This document shows positions 48,192 to 57,639 of a stretch of DNA of 64,000 nt, one piece after another; positions within the stretch are counted from its first letter, which is position 1; each line of letters opens with the position of its first letter. The translations under genes and the position numbers were made by a program. The notes under the pieces were generated by a model that saw only the letters and a list, made by a program, of their open reading frames with translations, ran no database searches and was not told the DNA's origin. The stretch comes from an uncultured Gammaproteobacteria bacterium (lineage in GTDB: Bacteria; Patescibacteriota; Microgenomatia; UBA10105; UBA927), in contig CAZGOA010000002.1 of assembly GCA_964527425.1 (NCBI GenBank), forward strand, positions 5,000 through 68,999. Direction: 5' to 3'.

Positions 48192-50297
48192 TTAGGCCGC
48201 CTTCGCAATAATCTTTTCCGTTATATTTCGTGGAACTTCTTCGTAATGGCTTGGTTCCATATAGTATGTTGCACGACCCTTGGACATACTTCGCAATGTT
48301 GTTGCATATCCTGAGAGTTCAGCTAAAGGAACTTGAGCTAATATGACAGTTGTGTGGCCTCGTTTTTGTGTGCCTTCAATCTGTGCTCTTTTTGATCCAA
48401 GATCTCCGATAATATCTCCCATGAATTCATCAGGCGTTGTAATCTCACATTTCATGATTGGTTCAAGAAGTACAGGAGCAGCGTTCTTTACTGAATTCTG
48501 AAGTGCCATAGATCCTGCAATTTTAAATGCAATTTCTGATGAGTCAACCTCATGATAGGTTCCATCATAGAGCGTAACTTTCATATCTACCAATGGGAAT
48601 CCTGCAACAACGCCATTTTCCATGGCTTCTTTGACGCCTTTTCCAACTGCTGGAATGTATTCGTTGGGAATTGCTCCACCTTTGATAGCATCGACGAATT
48701 CAAATCCTTGACCACGTGGGAGCGGTTCTAATCTGATCAGTGCATGACCATATTGTCCTCGGCCTCCTGATTGGCGAATATACTTTCCTTCACCTTCTGC
48801 ATTTTTGGTAATGGTTTCTTTGTAGGCAACTTGTGGAGCTCCGACATTTGCATCAACTTTGAATTCTCGCTTCATGCGGTCAACTAAAATTTCAAGATGA
48901 AGCTCTCCCATTCCCCAAATGATGGTTTGATTTGTTTCTTGATTAGTTTTGATTTTAAAAGTTGGGTCTTCTTCTGAAAGTCTTTGCAATGCATATCCCA
49001 TTTTTTCCTGGTCATTTTTGGTTTTTGGTTCAATGGCCAGTGAGATAACTGGATCTGGGAATGAAATTTTTTCTAAGACGATTGGATGATCCGGGTCACA
49101 AATAGTATCACCAGTAATGGTGTCTTTAAATCCTACTACTGCAACAATTTCTCCAGCATATGCTTCTTTGATTTCTTCTCGTTGGTTTGCATGCATAAGA
49201 AGAAGTCTTCCTATGCGTTCTTGCACATCTTTACTTGAGTTATAGGTATAGGAGCCTGACACTAATTTGCCTGAATATACTCTTACATATGTGATTTTAC
49301 CCACGTGTGGATCAATTTGAACTTTAAAGGCAAGTCCTGAAAATGGTTCTTCGTTAATTCTTTTTCTGATTTGTGGTTCTTCTGTTTTAGGGTGAGTACC
49401 TGCAACTGGTGGAAGGTCGATTGGGGAAGGAAGATAATCAACCACGGCATCAAGGAGTGGCTGGACACCTTTATTGCGCAAGCTGGTTCCACAGTAAATT
49501 GGAACGAGTTTGTAGGCAATAACTGCCCGGCGAAGTGCTGCTTTTAATTCTTCAACAGAAATTTCTTCACCGTTGAGGAATTTTTCCATTAACACATCGT
49601 CTGTTTCGGAAATACGTTCAATGAGTGCAAGTCGACTTGATTCTACTTCATCTTTAATATCTGCAGGGATGTCATCGGACACATCAAATGCAGCACCTAA
49701 TTCTTCACCTGTCCATACATATGCTTTTCTGCTTAAAAGATCGACAAATCCTTTGAATGTATTTTCTACTCCGATTGGAACGACCATGACAGCGGTTCTT
49801 GCACCTAATCGTTCTTCTATTGATTTGATTGTGGCTCGAAAGTCTGCTCCCAACTTATCCATTTTGTTGATGAAACAAAGACGTGGAACTTTGTATTTGT
49901 CTGCTTGGTGCCAGACTGTTTCTGATTGGGATTGAACTCCTTCTTCTGCATCAAGGACAGTGATCCCTCCATCAAGTACTCGGAGTGAACGTTCTACTTC
50001 TGCGGTAAAATCTACGTGTCCTGGTGTATCGATAATATTAAAGCGGTAGCCTTTCCAAAATGCAGTAGTTGCAGCAGATACGATGGTGATCCCTCGTTCT
50101 TTCTCTTGTTCCATCCAGTCCATTTGGGTGTTACCTTCATCGATATCACCAATTTTGTATGTTCTTCCTGTGTAATACAGAATACGCTCTGTGGTTGTGG
50201 TTTTACCAGCATCTATGTGTGCGATAATTCCAATGTTACGTACTTTATCTAGTGGTACATTACGATCTGATGTAAGAGTTGTTTGTGGGTTTGCCAT
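48192..50297 (-). CDS. fusA: Elongation factor G
   Basis: [44 protein letters not shown]... The start was set at ATG 50297; the track ORF extends to 50360. Confidence 0.95.
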   Translation of the reverse strand: MANPQTTLTSDRNVPLDKVRNIGIIAHIDAGKTTTTERILYYTGRTYKIGDIDEGNTQMDWMEQEKERGITIVSAATTAFWKGYRFNIIDTPGHVDFTAEVERSLRVLDGGITVLDAEEGVQSQSETVWHQADKYKVPRLCFINKMDKLGADFRATIKSIEERLGARTAVMVVPIGVENTFKGFVDLLSRKAYVWTGEELGAAFDVSDDIPADIKDEVESSRLALIERISETDDVLMEKFLNGEEISVEELKAALRRAVIAYKLVPIYCGTSLRNKGVQPLLDAVVDYLPSPIDLPPVAGTHPKTEEPQIRKRINEEPFSGLAFKVQIDPHVGKITYVRVYSGKLVSGSYTYNSSKDVQERIGRLLLMHANQREEIKEAYAGEIVAVVGFKDTITGDTICDPDHPIVLEKISFPDPVISLAIEPKTKNDQEKMGYALQRLSEEDPTFKIKTNQETNQTIIWGMGELHLEILVDRMKREFKVDANVGAPQVAYKETITKNAEGEGKYIRQSGGRGQYGHALIRLEPLPRGQGFEFVDAIKGGAIPNEYIPAVGKGVKEAMENGVVAGFPLVDMKVTLYDGTYHEVDSSEIAFKIAGSMALQNSVKNAAPVLLEPIMKCEITTPDEFMGDIIGDLGSKRAQIEGTQKRGHTTVILAQVPLAELSGYATTLRSMSKGRATYYMEPSHYEEVPRNITEKIIAKAA

Positions 50298-50338
50298 ATA
50301 GTTTTTTTGTAATAAATATTTGTTATGTTTTAAACGAC

Positions 50339-50367
50339 AAAAAAACTGTTTCAAAGACATGAAACAG
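50339..50367 (-). terminator. Hairpin plus U7 intrinsic-terminator-like structure 42-70 nt upstream of fusA
   Basis: Minus-strand RNA: CUGUUUCA-UGUCUU-UGAAACAG (perfect 8-bp stem) followed by UUUUUUU. Confidence 0.5.
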
Positions 50368-50965
50368 TCAATGCGTACAAAAACATTTTACAAAATATTG
50401 TGTGTGTTGTCTATACGGGATGTATGTTAAAAAGGATCACCACATAAATCGTATGGCATGCATACTGGATTAGCAAATGAAGACACTACATACTCAGTGA
50501 CAAAATAACTTACGATAAATAATGAACCAAGGAATACGTAAATAAATATTTTAGAAAGAACGATGTTATGCTTATATCTTTCATAGAAATCTTGAAGAAA
50601 AATAAAAAGAATAAAGTTAATAATAGTACTAATAGTAATTAATATATTTTTTTAATGGAAACTTAAAATACCCTAAGAATGAATATACTCTTGGTTGATA
50701 CCCAGGATATCCAAATAATAAATGTATGTTTGATAACAAATATAGCAAAGAACTATAGAACTTATTCCACTTAATAACGAAATAAATCGATTATGTTTTG
50801 TAACTTTTTAAACAAGTACGTAACAGCCTATTGAAACCAAAGTAATAAATAGAATTTGTGTAACAGGAATAAGTAATACTTCAATAAAATTGATATGGAG
50901 TTTGATTATTGGCGACACTAATCCCATACTATTATATTATACTTGTAAAATCTGTATATTCATTT

Positions 50966-51970
50966 TTAATCCGCAAAGACTTGGGTAAACATTTTCCCCC
51001 AAAGGCCTGCGTCAACTACTCCGATTCCTATTCGTTTAAATTGGGGATCTAAGATATTTCGTTTGTGTCCCTCACTATTCATGAGTCCTTCGTGAGCAAT
51101 ATCAACTGTCATGGCATATGCTAAATTTTCTCCTGCTATAAGAAACTCTACTGCTCCAGCTTTTAATCTGTCTGCTGCATCTTTTCCTTGATTATCTATA
51201 TGGGCAAAGAATTTTTCTGTAAGCATGGTGCGGCTATATGCTCGTGCGACATCCTGCATTTTTACTGATGAAACAAGCGGTCCAACTCCAACTTTTGCTC
51301 GTTCATTATTTAGATATTCAAGCATAGTTGATTCACTTTGTGGATCTATTGTAAGTTTGTTGGGATCTATATAGAGAGTAAGATCAACTCGCTCTGTTGA
51401 TTTAGGTGCAACAGTAAGAAAGCGAGTAAAACGAGATGCAGAGTCTTGAAGTGCGTTAGGCAGCGATCCACCATAAGTATCAAGAATTGATAAGACAAAC
51501 GGGATGATTGTTGAGGATTGAATTGTTTCTTTTACATTGCCCTGTAGTGGAACGAGTAGTAACAAAAAGAAAAATGCACTTAAGAAAAAGACTCCAGTAA
51601 TCGCTGACATAAGCGCTCCTGCTGCTTTGTTTACTCTGGAGTGACCCAATCGAATGGTACGCACAAGTACATACCGGAAAAACGTCGACAAGAGTGCTTC
51701 AGCTAAAAATGCAATACAGAAAAACGAGATGAACATATTCCAAACAGATGGGAAAGGACTGAATGATGATATGAAGTCAGAGAGAGGATCGGTATATTTA
51801 ATGGCAACAATAAATGATACGACCAGAGTTATTAAACTAGACATTAAATAGAGAAAGCCACGATTCCATCCACGATAAAGAAAAAAGAGTAAACCTACTA
51901 TAAATACAAAATCTACTAATGAGAACATGCGGGTCATTATACGCCAATGACGTGTAAATACGAAGCTCAA
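50966..51970 (-). CDS. CvpA-like membrane domain fused to a C-terminal CAP/SCP/PR-1 (YkwD-like) domain
   Basis: N-terminus ...VDFVFIVGLLFFLYRGWNRGFLYLMSSLITLVVSFIVA is CvpA-like, with 4 TM. C-terminus ...GENLAYAMTVD...GHKRNILDPQFKRIGIGVVDAG... is a CAP-domain signature. Confidence 0.55.
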   Translation of the reverse strand: MSFVFTRHWRIMTRMFSLVDFVFIVGLLFFLYRGWNRGFLYLMSSLITLVVSFIVAIKYTDPLSDFISSFSPFPSVWNMFISFFCIAFLAEALLSTFFRYVLVRTIRLGHSRVNKAAGALMSAITGVFFLSAFFFLLLLVPLQGNVKETIQSSTIIPFVLSILDTYGGSLPNALQDSASRFTRFLTVAPKSTERVDLTLYIDPNKLTIDPQSESTMLEYLNNERAKVGVGPLVSSVKMQDVARAYSRTMLTEKFFAHIDNQGKDAADRLKAGAVEFLIAGENLAYAMTVDIAHEGLMNSEGHKRNILDPQFKRIGIGVVDAGLWGKMFTQVFAD

Positions 51971-52014
51971 GTAATTTTCGATTTACTTCAATGTATATTG
52001 GACTAATGACAGTT

Positions 52015-53148
52015 CTATTTCTTTTTAGGAAAAGGAAGATAGGTTAATCCTCCAAATCCGTATAATGTAATAACTAAGGATGTAAACCCACCGATAAACG
52101 GAATTTGTTGGAGCGCCCATAACGTAATTACGCCGAGAATAAGAGACCAGCCTAAATGACCTTTTTTGGCGTCCCAAAGTCGTTCGATGAGAAACAATCC
52201 AAGGATTATGGCTGATAATGCTCTCGCAATAAAATAGCTCAGAATAATAACACCAATCCCTATAAAAACAACGGGAATACCGATAATGGTAATTAAGAGA
52301 AGGAGTAATGATACAGGAATGAGAACGAGGAAAATTAATCCTCTTACAAGAGTCAATCCTGGAGACTGCTGCATTGTTTGAAGGAGGACGGTGGTTCTTT
52401 TTTTCATAAAAAATATGCAGAGTCCCCCAAATACTAAACTTAAAACTATAAAAGGGATTCCTCTATTTGATTCTCTTGATTTTGCAGATTCTCCTACTTC
52501 GATTCTTGCTCTATCTTTTTTTGGCGTTGATTTATTTACAACTCCAGAAACAGATGCTTGTTCATCTATTGTTGCTGAGTTTTCACTGGTATAGTGAATA
52601 TTTCCTGCAACACTGGCACCGGGAAGAAGAGATAACGAATCTACTGAAACGTCTAGATCTTGTACTGTTCCAGAAACTGTTACTGTTTCTCCTCCACCGT
52701 ACACTGATTTGAAAATGTTGCCTGCAAATGTAGCATGTTGTACTCCAAAGCCTACTTCTCCTGCTACACTCGCCTGTTTACTGATTGTAAGATTTTGCGC
52801 AAGTGCAGATACGTTTCCGGATATACTGCTTTCCAGATTAACCATTTGACCTGCTAGTCGAACATCACCTTTTACAGTACCTGTGATATCCACATTCTGT
52901 CCTGCACAGATAACATCTCCGTTTACTTGACCATTTATTTCAATATGCTGACCAACACAGAAAACATCACCATCGACATCTCCATCTACTTGAACGCGCG
53001 CACCGGTGATAAATAAAGAACCTTGACTCGTCTCTTGTTTTGTAAAAAGTGCTTGTTCTCCGGATCGTACAGTAAACGCATATGTTTTTACTGGGAATGC
53101 TAAAACGAAAATACTTAAGCAGAATAAAATAAGTCGTGTCAACTTCAT
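52015..53148 (-). CDS. Signal peptide + bactofilin-like beta-solenoid repeats + C-terminal polytopic membrane domain
   Basis: MKLTRLILFCLSIFVLAFPVKTYA signal. Repeats ...VDGDVDGDVFCVGQHIEINGQVNGDVICAGQNVDITGTVKGDVRLAG... About 5 C-terminal TM helices. Confidence 0.5.
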   Translation of the reverse strand: MKLTRLILFCLSIFVLAFPVKTYAFTVRSGEQALFTKQETSQGSLFITGARVQVDGDVDGDVFCVGQHIEINGQVNGDVICAGQNVDITGTVKGDVRLAGQMVNLESSISGNVSALAQNLTISKQASVAGEVGFGVQHATFAGNIFKSVYGGGETVTVSGTVQDLDVSVDSLSLLPGASVAGNIHYTSENSATIDEQASVSGVVNKSTPKKDRARIEVGESAKSRESNRGIPFIVLSLVFGGLCIFFMKKRTTVLLQTMQQSPGLTLVRGLIFLVLIPVSLLLLLITIIGIPVVFIGIGVIILSYFIARALSAIILGLFLIERLWDAKKGHLGWSLILGVITLWALQQIPFIGGFTSLVITLYGFGGLTYLPFPKKK

Positions 53149-53173
53149 ACAGTAAGTTAAGTATACACGATTT

Positions 53174-54028
53174 CTAACTATTTTCAGTATTGTTAATCAC
53201 TTTTTTTACCCGATCTACGTTTTTTTGATCTGGTCCGTTATTGTCAAAACCTGGCGTTTCAAGAAACATTGGTATGTTTGTAAGGTAAGGATTTGTAATA
53301 AAGGCAGATAATCCATTTAAACCAATTTTTCCTTCTCCAATATTTTCGTGCCTATCATTTTTTTTACCGAGATCTATTTTCGAATCATTAAGATGAATAG
53401 CTTTTATTTCTTGCCATCCAATTATCTGTTCTACTGCTTCTACAAACTGTTTGACTGTATCTGGTGTTCGCATATCATACCCTGCTGCAAAAGCATGCGC
53501 AGTATCGATACAAAACTTAATCTGTGAAGATGGTAAATCTTTTTTTATTTGTGCCATTTCTTCTAGTGTTGAGGGGATTTTCCCTCCACTTCCTGCACTA
53601 TTTTCAATAAGAATTGTTGAACTTTGGGGAGCATGCTCCAAGATATGTATAAATGTGTTAATCAGTTCTATGCGTTTAGTACCACTCCATTTATCTTTGT
53701 GACTTCCTAAATGCAATACTACTCCTAGTCCATCAATAGAAGATGATACTTCTAAATCTGCAATCAGTGATTCTTTAGAACGTTTGAGAATATACGATGA
53801 ATCTGATGCAAGATTTATGAGATAACATGCATGAATAAGAATTGGTTCGATGGTTTGTTCTTTTGCATAGTGTTTGAATGCGTGCAATGTTTCTGAAGAA
53901 AAACGAGGGGTCAACCACTGCTGGGGTGGGCTGGTAAAAATTTGTAATGCGTTTGCTCCGATTGAAACTGCTCTATCTACTGCTTTAGTTAGACCTCCAG
54001 CAATTGACTGATGAGCACCAATTCTCAT
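53174..54028 (-). CDS. nfo: Endonuclease IV (AP endonuclease family 2)
   Basis: MRIGAHQSIAGGL...HACYLINLAS...VLHLGSH...ILIENSAG...CIDTAHAFAAGYD...HLNDSK...DRHENIG (metal-ligand set). Confidence 0.9.
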   Translation of the reverse strand: MRIGAHQSIAGGLTKAVDRAVSIGANALQIFTSPPQQWLTPRFSSETLHAFKHYAKEQTIEPILIHACYLINLASDSSYILKRSKESLIADLEVSSSIDGLGVVLHLGSHKDKWSGTKRIELINTFIHILEHAPQSSTILIENSAGSGGKIPSTLEEMAQIKKDLPSSQIKFCIDTAHAFAAGYDMRTPDTVKQFVEAVEQIIGWQEIKAIHLNDSKIDLGKKNDRHENIGEGKIGLNGLSAFITNPYLTNIPMFLETPGFDNNGPDQKNVDRVKKVINNTENS

Positions 54029-54029
54029 A

Positions 54030-55241
54030 CTAAAGAAGGGTTGCTTGATTATTGAGGTCTTTTGTTGAGGATGGCGTTGATTCTGTTGAAACGGCTTCTT
54101 CTTCTAATAATTCTAATCCTTTAACGGTAGGAAACGACTGTCCAATAACACCACTCATTGTACCTACGAAACCTGCAGTACTCGTAAATAATTTTTGCAC
54201 CTGTGCTTCTCTTGTTTTCCATATTTTCTCAAATGCTGCTCGTTCTTTTAAGACTTGCACCTGCATATCTTTGTATACTTCAACTATTGCTTCTATATGT
54301 TGTCGAAATTCATGACTAGTGACGTATTCGTATAATTTTTCTGATGATCCTTCTTTATTTTGAATAATAAATTTCTCCCGGGCAACGTCAATTAGTTTTT
54401 GCCGTAATACCGATGCTATTGGAGTTACTAAGAGTGGACTTACCACATAAACACCATCTATAAACCCAAATCCGTTACTGGCTTCTTCGGGTAGTACTGT
54501 TGAAATAATGATAGGAATATTTGCTTTTTCTGCTCTTAAATCATCTTTTAGCTTGCGAACCCAGTCTTGTGACCAAGATTTCGTTCGTTTGGATTCCCAC
54601 AGAATTGTGCCACAGACATTACCAATTGTTGTTTTAACTACTTGGCGTATATCTGCTCCTTTTACTCCCTTTTCTACGGGAGAGATTGTGTCTGTGGGGA
54701 AGGTTTGGCGAAGCAGTTGTTCTATATCGAGTTCGGCTACTTCACCTTGAGTTTGTTGTGAACCTTGTTGAGCTTTGCGTTGTGCATCATCAAGCGCTTT
54801 TCGTAAATCACTAATGACTTTTTCTTTCTCGAGTTCTTTTAATCGATGTTGTTCAGTCACCTGACGATAGACTGATTCTTCTACTTTTTTCTTTTCTTGA
54901 TCTACTTTTCTTGCAACTTCAAGTTCCATATCTTTTTTTGCATCTTCAAGTTTTCTTTTTTCTTCTCGTAGTCTGAGTTCTTCTTGCCTCATTTCTGTAA
55001 CTTTTTGTTGGCTTTCCGTAATTTGCTTTTTTAGATCAGTTATTTCTAATGCTGTTTTTTCTTGAAGCTGTTTTTTTATTGAATCTTCTGCTGTTTTTAT
55101 AGTTTGTTCTAACTCTTGTTTATGTTTTTTTTCAATGTCTGCTAATAATTCTTCTTGTACTTGATGAACTAATGCCTGTGTTACTTCAATAGCTTTTCCA
55201 CAAGAAGGGCATGTGATTGTTGAAATCATAATACTGGTCAT
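54030..55241 (-). CDS. DUF2130-like protein: N-terminal CxxC, long coiled coil, conserved C-terminal domain
   Basis: ITCPSCGKAIEV. About 150 aa of E/K-rich heptads. C-terminal ...FPTDTISPVEKGVKGADIRQVVK...GTILWESKRTKSWSQDWVRKLKDD... resembles DUF2130 from memory. Its start codon is 2 nt from the nfo stop. Confidence 0.45.
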   Translation of the reverse strand: MTSIMISTITCPSCGKAIEVTQALVHQVQEELLADIEKKHKQELEQTIKTAEDSIKKQLQEKTALEITDLKKQITESQQKVTEMRQEELRLREEKRKLEDAKKDMELEVARKVDQEKKKVEESVYRQVTEQHRLKELEKEKVISDLRKALDDAQRKAQQGSQQTQGEVAELDIEQLLRQTFPTDTISPVEKGVKGADIRQVVKTTIGNVCGTILWESKRTKSWSQDWVRKLKDDLRAEKANIPIIISTVLPEEASNGFGFIDGVYVVSPLLVTPIASVLRQKLIDVAREKFIIQNKEGSSEKLYEYVTSHEFRQHIEAIVEVYKDMQVQVLKERAAFEKIWKTREAQVQKLFTSTAGFVGTMSGVIGQSFPTVKGLELLEEEAVSTESTPSSTKDLNNQATLL

Positions 55242-55293
55242 TCTACCATCACCAAGAAGAAGTACAATCCATCAACTGCTTACACGAATTGTG

Positions 55294-55575
55294 TTAATAG
55301 TATTTACGTTGCTTATGTAAGTGATTCATGAATCCGAATGCTGCTAATCCATGAACAATCACGCCTACTCCCCATCCTGCTCCTACAACAAAGAACATAT
55401 TTAAATCGGAAGTATAGGAATAAAAGTAAGTAAATAATCCAAACATGACTAATAAATAGATAATAAGATGAACGGCAAAGCTCTTTATTTCTTCTTGGGT
55501 TTGCTCTTTAACTTGTGAAGAAACACTACGAGATGAACTTTTTGATCGGGCAGATTTTTTCATATTTTCCTCCAA
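55294..55575 (-). CDS. Small 2TM-domain membrane protein
   Basis: ...FAVHLIIYLLVMFGLFTYF...MFFVVGAGWGVGVIVHGLAAFGF... pattern of the 2TM family. Confidence 0.4.
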   Translation of the reverse strand: MEENMKKSARSKSSSRSVSSQVKEQTQEEIKSFAVHLIIYLLVMFGLFTYFYSYTSDLNMFFVVGAGWGVGVIVHGLAAFGFMNHLHKQRKYY

Positions 55576-55661
55576 TAACAGTATTTAGCGTATCGTAGAT
55601 TTATACTCATTGCAACATAGAAGCTTGACGAAGTGATAATAATTAGAGATTATGAAGCTAT

Positions 55662-56117
55662 ATGAAAGTATTACTCCTTTATACTACTAACTCTGGTTCT
55701 ACAGAAATGGCTGCCCAAGAAATTGTCAATCGCCTTTCTCCATCACATGAAGTGACGATGAAACGCGTTAATCAATCTACTGCTGACGATATCAAAGCGG
55801 TAGATGCAGTTATTTTAGGGTCTCCAAGTTGGGATCATGATGGAAAAGAAGGACAACCACATGATGAATTTTTTGTTTGGAAAGGAACGGTTGATCCATC
55901 TGCATTCGCAGGGAAAAAAATGGCCGTCTATGGGTGTGGAGATAGTTCCTATCAGATTTTCTGTGGAGCTGTAGATGAGCTGGAAAAATGGATCGCTGAA
56001 TGGAATGGTGTTAAAGTTGTTGATTCATTACGAATGGACAAATATTACTATAATATGGCTGAAAATGCAGGGAAAATTGAAGAGTGGTGTAAACAATTGT
56101 TGGAAACATTAAAGTAA
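55662..56117 (+). CDS. Flavodoxin (short-chain)
   Basis: MKVLLLYTTNSGSTEMAAQEI (FMN phosphate-binding T/SxTGxT loop)...VILGSPSW...MAVYGCGDSSY... Confidence 0.8.
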   Translation: MKVLLLYTTNSGSTEMAAQEIVNRLSPSHEVTMKRVNQSTADDIKAVDAVILGSPSWDHDGKEGQPHDEFFVWKGTVDPSAFAGKKMAVYGCGDSSYQIFCGAVDELEKWIAEWNGVKVVDSLRMDKYYYNMAENAGKIEEWCKQLLETLK

Positions 56118-56127
56118 ACACTTCAAT

Positions 56128-56739
56128 TTACGATGTTATTGGTAAATTATCTTTATACATCCAGAGTATTCTGCAGGCGTATGTTCTATATGGTTTCCAT
56201 TTAGCACTAATTTTTAGCATTTGATTTGTAGTGGGTTTCGTTTTAAATTTGTAGAGTTTTTGAATAGCGTTTTGTAATCCTACGTCTCCTACTGAAAAAA
56301 TATCTTCACGACCTAAGGTGAACATAAGAAACATTTCTGCAGTCCACCGACCTATCCCTTTTATTTGTGTTAATTGAGTAATGACTTCTTCATCAGTCAG
56401 ATTTTCTAAGTTAGCGATATCAAGTTTATTCTCAATAATTGCTCGAGCAATATTTTGGACATAATCTGCTTTATTCCAGGACATACCAACGTTTCTCAAA
56501 TGTTCTCTTGTTAAACGCAGTGTTTGTTCTGGTGTAACTTTTTTATCAGTATAAAGTGCAACAAATCGTTTCACGATTGTGTCACTTGCTTTAACTGATA
56601 ATTGTTGCGAGATTATTGATTCAACCAGTGAAAAGAATATATTGTTTGATTTATGTAAGTGAAAGGTTACTGAGGGCGTAATCGCTGAATGAAGTATTGG
56701 ATCTTTTATTTGGAAATAAGAATTGATTAAGTCTTTCAT
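56128..56739 (-). CDS. HhH-GPD superfamily DNA glycosylase (AlkA/3-methyladenine glycosylase II-like)
   Basis: HhH-GPD: ...LTQIKGIGRWTAEMFLMFTLGREDIFSVGDVGLQ... with catalytic Asp after the GIG hairpin. Confidence 0.7.
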   Translation of the reverse strand: MKDLINSYFQIKDPILHSAITPSVTFHLHKSNNIFFSLVESIISQQLSVKASDTIVKRFVALYTDKKVTPEQTLRLTREHLRNVGMSWNKADYVQNIARAIIENKLDIANLENLTDEEVITQLTQIKGIGRWTAEMFLMFTLGREDIFSVGDVGLQNAIQKLYKFKTKPTTNQMLKISAKWKPYRTYACRILWMYKDNLPITS

Positions 56740-57155
56740 TTTTATACCACGTTTCCCATATAATTACGGAATGGATCTGTCAATATTTCTCTAATAACTC
56801 CACATTTTCTATTGTTTCCACTAATTAAATGATTGCCATTTACTGCTTGCAACAGTGTTGTCCATTCCGCATTTATTACTGATGAGAGAACTAACTGTAT
56901 TTGTCGTGATCAATTACGTATATTTTTACCATATGAAATAACTGTATAAAACACTAGCCGTTGATCTTTCAGTATAACTGGTTTCATTGTTTCTTGAATC
57001 GTTTGATTCGATATTGTAATTGATACTATTGGAATAGCATCTTGTACAGTGATAAAAATCTGTACGGAGAGAATTATAAGGTTTCACCAATTCCATAATC
57101 TTTGGGGTATGGAATAGGCTGTATTCATTCAGACATACAGGCTATCCTTGAGTAA

Positions 57156-57629
57156 TTACCACTTGAAGTGTGCAAATGCTCTGTTTGCTTCAGCCATGCG
57201 ATGGACGGTATCTCTTTTTTTAATTGCTTCTCCTTCGCCTTTTGCGGCTGATTGAAGTTCTGCTGCTAATTTGTGTCCGAATGTTTTGTAGTCTTTATTT
57301 GATCGTTTTCTGGCAAATGTAACCATCCAGCGAATTGCAAGTGAAATTCTTCTATCTCCGCGTACTTCCATAGGTACTTGATATGATGCACCTCCAACTC
57401 TTCTGGCTTTTACTTCCATTTTTGGTCCTACATTTTGTACTGCTAATTCAAATGTTTTTATTGGGTCTTCGCCTGATTCTTTAATAAGATCTAATGCTCC
57501 GTATACTTGTTTTTGTGCGGTTGACTTCTTCCCGTCCAACATAACACGATTTATAAATCTACCTAAAAGGCGATTGCCGTAAATTGGATCTGGTTCTGAT
57601 AATTTTTTAGTTACTCGTCCTGCTCTCAT
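57156..57629 (-). CDS. rpsG: 30S ribosomal protein S7
   Basis: MRAGRVTKKLSEPDPIYGNRLLGRFINRVMLDGKKSTAQK... Confidence 0.95.
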   Translation of the reverse strand: MRAGRVTKKLSEPDPIYGNRLLGRFINRVMLDGKKSTAQKQVYGALDLIKESGEDPIKTFELAVQNVGPKMEVKARRVGGASYQVPMEVRGDRRISLAIRWMVTFARKRSNKDYKTFGHKLAAELQSAAKGEGEAIKKRDTVHRMAEANRAFAHFKW

Positions 57630-57639
57630 TGGTTACTCC

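Noticed and set aside
50808-50927. The 39-codon hydrophobic mini-ORF, considered as a feature.
   Set aside because: There is no SD. Support comes only from an adjacent TATAAT box and hydrophobicity. It is kept as a low-interest finding rather than an annotated CDS.
50298-50965. A search for tmRNA, SRP RNA, 6S RNA or tRNA in the long AT-rich gap.
   Set aside because: No tRNA-like acceptor or T-arm (GGTTCGAAT-type) and no SRP or tmRNA conserved motifs were seen. The very low GC content argues against a structured RNA.
57118-57150. An imperfect hairpin (ATAGCCTGTAT...ATACAGCCTAT) just 3' of rpsG, as an intrinsic terminator.
   Set aside because: The stem has one mismatch, the loop is 10 nt, and there is no U-tract on the mRNA strand. 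This is insufficient to call.
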